This document shows positions 58,192-64,000 of a DNA stretch of 64,000 nucleotides, piece after piece. Where the stretch lies: assembly GCA_035482295.1 (NCBI GenBank), contig DATHQX010000222.1, positions 24,911 to 88,910 of the forward strand, read 5' to 3'. The notes beneath the pieces are model-generated. The model did no database searches, had not been told where the DNA came from, and saw only the letters and a list, made by a program, of their open reading frames with translations. Source of the stretch: Verrucomicrobiia bacterium (lineage in GTDB: Bacteria > Acidobacteriota > Terriglobia > Terriglobales > Acidobacteriaceae). Position 1 is the first letter of the stretch; each line of letters opens with the position of its first letter. The position numbers were made by a program, and so were the translations under genes.

Positions 58192-58535
58192 GCATGAAAG
58201 CGAGCACGCGGCAGGTAGATGGGATCACCATCGTCGACTTGAGTGGACGAATCACTCTCGGCGAAGGCAGCGTCATTTTGCGCGACACCATCAAAGACCT
58301 GCTCGGCAAAGGGCAGAAGAAGATCCTGCTGAACCTGGGTGACGTCAGCTATATCGACAGCTCGGGCATCGGCGAGTTGGTCAGTGCCTTCACCTCCGTC
58401 CGCAATCAGGGCGGCGAGCTGAAGCTGCTGAATCTGACCAAGAAAGTTCACGATCTCCTTCAGATTACGAAGTTGTATACCGTGTTTGATGTGAAAGACG
58501 ACGAAGCTGCCGCCATAGGCGCTTTTACCCGCTAA
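58188..58535 (+). CDS. STAS-domain anti-sigma-factor antagonist (RsbV/SpoIIAA-like)
   Basis: ITIVDLSGRITLGEG...ILLNLGDVSYIDSSGIGELV (phosphorylatable Ser in DSSG). GTGA overlap with the kinase gene; AGGAGG 7 nt upstream. Confidence 0.9.
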   Translation: MSMKASTRQVDGITIVDLSGRITLGEGSVILRDTIKDLLGKGQKKILLNLGDVSYIDSSGIGELVSAFTSVRNQGGELKLLNLTKKVHDLLQITKLYTVFDVKDDEAAAIGAFTR

Positions 58536-58567
58536 CCTTCCAGCAAGGCTGGCGCGTCTGATTTCTT

Positions 58568-58602
58568 GATGCCCTTTCCTCCGGGAAGGGCATCTCTCTT
58601 TT
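58568..58602 (+). terminator. Rho-independent terminator after the STAS gene
   Basis: 9-bp stem GATGCCCTT (58568-76) / AAGGGCATC (58586-94), followed by TCTCTTTT. Confidence 0.7.
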
Positions 58603-58957
58603 ATGGAAGCAAGCTGCTCAACCAGCACTCCTTTTCTTGCATAGTTAGCGCTCCGATCCCCCACGGCTAAGATCCCGCAGCTCACATTTTTGATTTTTCA
58701 CAGGCAAGCCTTTTATCAAAAATAGCATCCAACTTCTTGTTCGGCGTTCCGGTGATCAGCCGCATAACGTCAGGAAAAGGCTGCCGTCTCGCTCCGGCGG
58801 CCTACTCTTTTTCTAGCCGATCTTACGGACAGACCATATTGAACGATCCCCTGTTAGTCGCAGATCGATTTCCAGCGAAGGTTGACAGCCTCGAATACCT
58901 AAGGTACTTTCTAAATATGTTGTCAATGACTCACCGAATGATCATGGCCATGTGCAC

Positions 58958-59056
58958 CCTAGGCGGTGCCTGCGTCACATTCGGAGTCTGACAGCCCAAC
59001 CAGAGAAAACTCCAATCGTGACCGGCCGCCTAGGACAGGCGGTCTTGCTGTTTCCG
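58958..59056 (+). promoter_or_regulatory. Structured 5' leader (candidate cis-regulatory RNA) upstream of the methionine-type operon
   Basis: Nested helices CCTAGGCGG (58958-66) / CCGCCTAGG (59026-34), GTCAC (58974-78) / GTGAC (59018-22) and GGAGT (58983-87) / ACTCC (59009-13). A competing hairpin CCGCC (59026-30) / GGCGG (59038-42) is followed by TCTTGCTGTTT. The CDS starts at 59083. I could not assign a riboswitch class. Confidence 0.3.
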
Positions 59057-59082
59057 GGTAATTTTTCGATTGGAGTACTTCA

Positions 59083-60282
59083 ATGGCCTTCTCGGCTGAG
59101 CTATTCTCAACGACTGCGGTACGTGGCGGCCTTAGGCCCGATCCCACGACCGGTGCTGTTCTCACCCCGATTTATCAATCTACGACCTACCATCAGGAAG
59201 CTGTCGGCGTTCACAAGGGTTTCACCTATTCGCGTGCTGCGAATCCTACGGTTTCGGCCCTCGAATCGGCTCTGGGAGCGCTGGAAGACACGCCGCCGGC
59301 GGTGTGTTTCTCCAGTGGCATGGCTGCTATCTCAGCGCTGTTTTTTGCGACCCTGAAAGCCGGCGATCACGTTGTCGTCTCGGACGTCGTCTATGGCGGC
59401 ACAGTACGGCTCTTCCAGCAGATCCTGACCAACTTCGGCGTCGAAGCTTCGTTCGTCGATACGGCCGATCCGCAAGCTGTCGCCCAGGCGATCCAACCCA
59501 ATACCCGCCTGGTTTTCATCGAGACGCCAGCGAATCCGACGCTGAAGCTGACCGACATCGCGGCCATCGCCAACGTTGCGCACGCGGCCGGAGTGAGACT
59601 TGCAGTCGACAACACGTTCCTCACGCCAGCGCTGCAGCGTCCGCTGGATCTGGGTGCCGACATTTCCTTGCTCTCGACCACGAAGTACATCGAGGGTCAC
59701 AACTCCACAGTCGGTGGTTCAATCGCCACGCGCGACCAGGCCCTCATCGAATGTCTGCGCGTCGTGCGCAAGACGCTGGGCTGCATCCAGTCTCCGCAAG
59801 AGTCGTGGTTGACGCTGCGGGGACTGAAGACACTTCCCTTGCGACTGCAACAGCACTCCACCAATGCACAGAAGGTTGCGGAATGGCTGGAACAGCATGC
59901 CAAAGTCGCCCGCGTTCACTTCCCCGGCCTCGCCACCTTCCCGCAATTCTCCCTTGCAGAAAAACAGCAAGCGCTTCCCGGAGGCATACTTTCCTTCGAA
60001 CTCAAAGGCGGCGCCAACGCTGGCATTCAGCTCATGAACACCGTTCGCCTTTGCTTGCTGGCCGAGAACCTCGGCGCAGTCGAGACGCTGATCACCCACC
60101 CGGTCTCGATGACTCATGGCGATGTGCCCCGTGAAATCCGCGAGCGCACCGGCGTGACCGACGGGCTAGTACGGCTCTCTGTCGGCCTGGAAAATCCCGC
60201 CGACATCATCGCCGATCTGGAAAGCGCTCTGACTGCGATCGAAATCACCGAGCCTAAGGAGGAAGTATGTCTCGCAAAGTAA
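59083..60282 (+). CDS. Cys/Met-metabolism PLP-dependent enzyme (cystathionine gamma-synthase/gamma-lyase family)
   Basis: TPIYQSTTY, YSRAANPT, DNTF.TP and the PLP-Lys signature DISLLSTTKYIEGHNS. Confidence 0.9.
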   Translation: MAFSAELFSTTAVRGGLRPDPTTGAVLTPIYQSTTYHQEAVGVHKGFTYSRAANPTVSALESALGALEDTPPAVCFSSGMAAISALFFATLKAGDHVVVSDVVYGGTVRLFQQILTNFGVEASFVDTADPQAVAQAIQPNTRLVFIETPANPTLKLTDIAAIANVAHAAGVRLAVDNTFLTPALQRPLDLGADISLLSTTKYIEGHNSTVGGSIATRDQALIECLRVVRKTLGCIQSPQESWLTLRGLKTLPLRLQQHSTNAQKVAEWLEQHAKVARVHFPGLATFPQFSLAEKQQALPGGILSFELKGGANAGIQLMNTVRLCLLAENLGAVETLITHPVSMTHGDVPREIRERTGVTDGLVRLSVGLENPADIIADLESALTAIEITEPKEEVCLAK

Positions 60283-62039
60283 TCGTCCTGAAATTCGGAA
60301 GCTCGGTTTTGCAGTCACGCGCCGACCTGCCCCATGCGGTTCACGAAATCTATCGCTGGATTCGGTGCCAGTATCGCGTCGTTGCCGTGGTTTCGGCCTT
60401 TGCGGGTGAAACCGATCGTCTGCTAGACACTGTCGAGGACTACCGCAACGCGAATGAAGAAGCGATCGCTCGTATCGTCGCCACCGGCGAAGAGGTCGCC
60501 ACCGCATTCCTCACGCTGGAGCTTGATCGCTTCGGCATTCCAGCACAGGTACTCGATCCGGGACAGATTCGGCTGATCGCCGAGACCAGCTCCAACGATA
60601 CTGAGCCGGTCAGCGCCGACATTAGTGCCGTAGAGAACGTGCTTGGCCAAGGCCGCGTCGCCGTCATCCCCGGATTCGTCGCGCGTGATCGTCTCGGAAG
60701 GGTCGCCCTGTTCGGACGCGGCGGCTCCGATTTGTCGGCTCTATTCCTTGCCAAGCAGCTCAAAGCCCGCTGTCGCCTGATCAAAGACGTGGATGGTATC
60801 TACAACAACGATCCCGCCACCTGCTCCGACGCCAAGCGTTTCGACGAGATCAACTTTGCCGACGCGCTGACGATCGCCGGCAAAGTGGTGCAGAAGAAAG
60901 CCATCTCCTTCGGCAGAAAGACGGGCGTGCCCTTCGAGGTTGCCGCTCTGGGCGAAAACTACGCAACCGTCGTCGGCAGCCATCGCTCAGTACTCTCGCC
61001 GACGGCTTCCTCGCCTGCGCCTCTGCGCGTCGGGCTTCTCGGACTCGGCACGGTCGGTCTGGGTGTTTTCCAGGAGCTCTGGAAGCATCCACAGCTGTTC
61101 GACGTCACCGGTATCGCCGTTCGACGTCCCGAGCTGCATCTCGACGACGCTCCGAGCAACCTGCTGACGCGCGATTGCTGGAACGTGATTGACGATGTGG
61201 ATGTGGTAGTCGAGCTGATTGGCGGTAACGATCCGGCCGGCGACCTGGTGCAGGCCGCGCTCAATGCGGGCAAGCCGGTTGTCACCGCTAACAAACTGCT
61301 GTTGGCAACCAACGCGCAACTGGAAACCCACAACGCACTTCGCTATTCGGCGGCCGTAGGCGGCGCTGTACCGGCGCTCGAGGCCGTGCGGGCGCTGGCT
61401 GACGACGGACGTATCGTGTCGCTCTCGGGCGTACTGAACGGCACCTGCAACTACATCCTCGACCGCATCGCAGCCGGCTGCTCCTGGGACAAGGCCATCT
61501 CCGAAGCGCAGGCGCGTGGCTTCGCCGAAGCCGATCCCAGCGCCGATCTATCGGGCTCCGACACAGTTTGCAAGTTGCGGCTCTTGGCGCGGCGGGCTTT
61601 TCCGGAGATTGGCGCTCACTACGTCAGCTCTACCGGAATCGACTCCATCGATCTCGACTGGGTGCAGGCGGCCGTGCGCGAAGGTAGTCGCGCTCGACTG
61701 GTGGGCACCGCGGCATTGGACGGAGGCCGAGTTCACCTCGAAGTGAAACCCCGGCTAGTCGATTCGACCCATCCTTTTGCCCAGATTCGGAACGAAGAGA
61801 ACTGCCTGCTGATCAACACAGGTCACGCGAACTCGCAGCATGTCTGGACCGGCCGCGGAGCAGGACGTTGGCCAACCACAACTGCTGTGATGGCCGACCT
61901 GTTCGACCTAAGCCGCGAACACAGAGCGGAGAAGCTTCAACAATCTGTCGCGGTCAACCAATCCAAGGTCCCATCGCAAGCTGTTCAACTGACTACTGGC
62001 TGTTGGCCACTGGGTACCGAACAAGGAGGTGCAGCGTGA
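60267..62039 (+). CDS. Short bifunctional aspartokinase / homoserine dehydrogenase (no recognisable ACT domains)
   Basis: N-terminal amino-acid-kinase fold (VLKFGSSVL...VVSAFAGETD...GRGGSDLSA...IKDVDGIYNNDP) joined at about aa 250 to a homoserine dehydrogenase (VGLLGLGTVGLGV...TANK...VGGAVP...GVLNGTCNYIL...GFAEADPS.DL.G.D). 590 aa in total. Confidence 0.85.
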   Translation: MSRKVIVLKFGSSVLQSRADLPHAVHEIYRWIRCQYRVVAVVSAFAGETDRLLDTVEDYRNANEEAIARIVATGEEVATAFLTLELDRFGIPAQVLDPGQIRLIAETSSNDTEPVSADISAVENVLGQGRVAVIPGFVARDRLGRVALFGRGGSDLSALFLAKQLKARCRLIKDVDGIYNNDPATCSDAKRFDEINFADALTIAGKVVQKKAISFGRKTGVPFEVAALGENYATVVGSHRSVLSPTASSPAPLRVGLLGLGTVGLGVFQELWKHPQLFDVTGIAVRRPELHLDDAPSNLLTRDCWNVIDDVDVVVELIGGNDPAGDLVQAALNAGKPVVTANKLLLATNAQLETHNALRYSAAVGGAVPALEAVRALADDGRIVSLSGVLNGTCNYILDRIAAGCSWDKAISEAQARGFAEADPSADLSGSDTVCKLRLLARRAFPEIGAHYVSSTGIDSIDLDWVQAAVREGSRARLVGTAALDGGRVHLEVKPRLVDSTHPFAQIRNEENCLLINTGHANSQHVWTGRGAGRWPTTTAVMADLFDLSREHRAEKLQQSVAVNQSKVPSQAVQLTTGCWPLGTEQGGAA

Positions 62040-63214
62040 AGTTCGCAACTCGATTACTGACATTCGATCCCGCTCCCGGCGACCGCTTCACGCCCGCCAA
62101 CACGCCCATCTACCAGACCGCCACCTTCCGTCAGGACGACGCCACCGCTTTCGGCGAGTACGACTACTCCCGCAGCGGCAATCCCACGAGGTCCGTCGTA
62201 GAGAAGCAGCTTGCGGCTCTCGAGTGCGGCACGAGAGGCTTCTGCTTCAGCACGGGATTGGCTGCAATCACTGCGGTGACGCGGCTGCTCTCGCCTGGCG
62301 ATGAGATTCTGGCCTGCGACGACTTATACGGCGGAACCTATCGGCTCTTCTCGCGCATTCTCGCGAAGCGCGGCATCAACGTGTGCTACGTCGATTTCAC
62401 CGATCTCGATGCGGTGGCCAAGGCAGTCACTACCAACACGCGACTCATTTACGTGGAGAGCCCGACCAATCCGCTGCTGCAGATCATCGACATCTCCGCC
62501 GTTGTCGAGATTGCTCACCGCAGCAACGCGCTGGTGTGTGTCGATAACAGCACCATGTCGCCTTATCTCCAGCGACCGCTGGAGCTCGGCGCCGACATCG
62601 TTTTACATTCCGCGACCAAATTTCTTTGCGGACACAGCGACGTGATGGCCGGCGCCGTCGTGGTGGCCGACGAGGTACTTGGCCAGGAACTGTACTTGAT
62701 TCAGAACGGCGAGGGCGCTGGCCTGTCGCCATTCGACAGCTTCCTGCTGTTGCGTGGGAGCAAAACGCTCTCGCTGCGGTTGGACCGGCAACAGTCGAAC
62801 GCCCAGGCGATTGCCCGGCTGCTGGACTCTCACCCGGCCGTGGACCGCGTCTACTATCCTGGCTTGGCCGACGTGCGCCAACTTGCCATCCATCGCTCAC
62901 AAGCCTCAGGCGATGGAGCGGTGCTCAGCTTTGTCACCGGCGATCCTGAGTTCTCGCGCACTGTCGTCGAAGCGACGAAGCTATTCGCAATCACGGTGAG
63001 CTTTGGCGGAGTGAACTCGACAATCAGCCTGCCTAACTATATGTCGCATGCCAGCATTCCGGCGCACCTGCGCCAACAGAAAAGCATTCCGGCGGACTTA
63101 GTTAGGGTCTCCGTGGGCGCCGAAGATGTCGACGATCTGATTGACGACCTGAGCCAGGCATTCGAGGTTGCCACCCGGCAAACCAGGGTCTTGCGGGCGG
63201 TCGCCGCCGATTAG
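62036..63214 (+). CDS. Cys/Met-metabolism PLP-dependent enzyme (cystathionine beta-lyase/gamma-synthase family)
   Basis: GTG 62036 (GTGA overlap, AAGGAGG 6 nt upstream). TPIYQTATF, YSRSGNPT, DNSTMSP and the PLP-Lys signature DIVLHSATKFLCGHSD. Confidence 0.9.
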   Translation: MKFATRLLTFDPAPGDRFTPANTPIYQTATFRQDDATAFGEYDYSRSGNPTRSVVEKQLAALECGTRGFCFSTGLAAITAVTRLLSPGDEILACDDLYGGTYRLFSRILAKRGINVCYVDFTDLDAVAKAVTTNTRLIYVESPTNPLLQIIDISAVVEIAHRSNALVCVDNSTMSPYLQRPLELGADIVLHSATKFLCGHSDVMAGAVVVADEVLGQELYLIQNGEGAGLSPFDSFLLLRGSKTLSLRLDRQQSNAQAIARLLDSHPAVDRVYYPGLADVRQLAIHRSQASGDGAVLSFVTGDPEFSRTVVEATKLFAITVSFGGVNSTISLPNYMSHASIPAHLRQQKSIPADLVRVSVGAEDVDDLIDDLSQAFEVATRQTRVLRAVAAD

Positions 63215-63276
63215 AGCATGAAACATGAAAAAGGAGCCCACATCCGGGCTCCTCTTCATCCGCTGTTTGGCTGCCC

Positions 63277-63789
63277 TTATTGCTGCGGCGGTGCTCCAGT
63301 CGAACTCGGAGGAGGCGTAGTAGTTGAACCTCCATTTGTAGTCGCGTCTGGAGTATTAGGCGCCGCCGTTGGACTGTTAGGCGCTGCGCTCGGCGTATTG
63401 GGTGCCGCAGTTGGCGTGTTCGGAGCCACGCTGGGCGATGACGGAACTGCGCCCGGTGTGGTCGTCGAGTTCGGCGTTACTGTAGTTCCCGGTTGAGTTG
63501 TGCCTGGTGTCGTGGCGCTCGGTGTCTGCGAGTTCGCGCCGGGAGTGTTCATGGTTCCGGTCGATCCCGATTGACCACCCATCGTGCCGGTCTGAGTTCC
63601 AGTCTGGCCGCCCATCGTACCCGACTGCGTTCCCATGCTGCCGGACGAGCTCGCACCCGGTGCGGCCCTGCCAGCGCCCGCGCCGGCTCCTGCGCCCGCG
63701 CCCGCTCCCGCTGCTCCACCCGCTTGCGCAATTGCCCAGCATCCGCACAGCAGCACTGTAGCTGTTGAGAGAATCAGTTTCCGCTTCAT
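63277..63789 (-). CDS. Secreted low-complexity Gly/Ala/Thr/Pro-rich repeat protein
   Basis: Signal peptide MKRKLILSTATVLLCGCWAIAQA, a (GA)n run, GTMGGQ(T/S)G repeats and (T/S)AAPN(T/S)P repeats. No family recognised; the coding call rests on the signal peptide and the ORF length. Confidence 0.55.
   Translation of the reverse strand: MKRKLILSTATVLLCGCWAIAQAGGAAGAGAGAGAGAGAGRAAPGASSSGSMGTQSGTMGGQTGTQTGTMGGQSGSTGTMNTPGANSQTPSATTPGTTQPGTTVTPNSTTTPGAVPSSPSVAPNTPTAAPNTPSAAPNSPTAAPNTPDATTNGGSTTTPPPSSTGAPPQQ
63343..63432 (-). repeat. Imperfect 21-nt tandem repeat (about 4 copies) encoding (T/S)AAPN(T/S)P
   Basis: The peptide APNTPTAAPNTPSAAPNSPTAAPNTPDA is encoded here; on the plus strand it reads as GTATTAGGCGCCGCC GTTGGA / CTGTTAGGCGCTGCG CTCGGC / GTATTGGGTGCCGCA GTTGGC-type units. 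Confidence 0.5.
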
Positions 63790-64000
63790 TGTGTCTTCCC
63801 ACCCTTTTTGAAGTTGCCGAAATGGTTGCTATCTATCCGATGGAGGTATCAGACTACGGAGATGTCCTTAACCAACTAGTAAATCCAGAGCAGACGTTTC
63901 CTCGCGGTTCACCTGTCGAAAGACGCTCGGCAGCAGCTTCCATTTAGAATAAGGAGTTTCCCCAGAGGTATTTATGTCCTTCATACGCTTCCTGATGGTG

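Noticed and set aside
58700-59082. Tested whether the met-operon leader is a known SAM-I, SAM-II or SAH riboswitch or a T-box.
   Set aside because: I could not find the conserved cores I remember (for SAM-I the GAGGGA...GGCCC and GCAACC-type junction; for the SAH element the GCCGAGGAGCG-type core; for a T-box the AGAGA / T-box sequence). It is kept only as an unclassified structured leader.
63218-63496. Plus-strand ORF encoding GVLGAAVGLLGAALGVLGAAVGVFGATLG, which looks like a glycine-zipper membrane peptide.
   Set aside because: It is the reverse-complement reading of the (T/S)AAPN(T/S)P repeat region. The minus-strand ORF has a proper signal peptide and extends over the whole repeat, so the plus-strand ORF is treated as a mirror artefact.
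63974-64000. ATG at 63974 (MSFIRFLMV...) preceded by AGGAG-like sequence, a possible start of a plus-strand gene at the window edge.
   Set aside because: Only 9 codons are visible, so neither coding status nor function can be supported.

Overview
High-GC, densely coding bacterial chromosomal window. The gene content (CarboxypepD_reg-type TonB-dependent receptor, sigma-54 enhancer-binding protein, many secreted low-complexity proteins) suggests an Acidobacteriota-like soil bacterium; this is inference only, with no search possible. I saw no rRNA, tRNA, CRISPR array, transposase or integrase. Layout: (i) 1-23.3 kb holds mixed housekeeping and accessory genes: pckA (5' partial), a CheY-like receiver, a Crp/Fnr regulator, a periplasmic rhodanese-like/TlpA pair, an orphan MOP(Wzx)-type flippase coupled to a HEAT-repeat protein, a Tat-exported FAD oxidase-like lipoprotein, a TonB-dependent receptor, an ABC ATPase plus an ABC-2 permease fused to an M1 zinc-peptidase domain, bfr, an aldo/keto reductase, murA and a SIMPL protein. 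(ii) 23.3-38.6 kb is a Wzy-dependent exopolysaccharide locus. It is headed by a NusG paralog, followed by an initiating sugar transferase, Wzc-like BY-kinase, Wza, an unusual P-loop kinase plus 796-aa APH-kinase/NTase-like/pseudo-P-loop protein, GT4, Wzy-like polymerase, GT2, GT4, a secreted protein, a GDP-mannose-3,5-epimerase-like SDR and GT26. It ends in a clean intrinsic terminator and is followed by an orphan sigma-54 response regulator. (iii) 40.4-49.5 kb holds a thiolase, a Cys4 small protein and the conserved tig-clpP-clpX-lon-engB block. (iv) 49.6-57.5 kb (minus strand) is a TetR-headed cluster: two crotonases, a rhodanese, a three-subunit molybdenum hydroxylase whose FAD subunit carries the extra Cys4 loop typical of 4-hydroxybenzoyl-CoA-reductase-type enzymes, and an amidohydrolase_2. 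(v) 57.7-58.5 kb is an RsbW/RsbV-like partner-switching pair. (vi) 59.0-63.2 kb is a methionine-type operon: a PLP enzyme, a short aspartokinase-homoserine dehydrogenase fusion and a second PLP enzyme, preceded by a structured leader. (vii) 63.3-63.8 kb encodes a repeat-rich secreted protein. The best candidate for something undescribed is the kinase/NTase module inside the EPS locus (28.3-31.4 kb). The ABC-permease/M1-peptidase fusion and the 4-HBCR-like cluster come next. All functional calls come from by-eye motif recognition; no database search was run.
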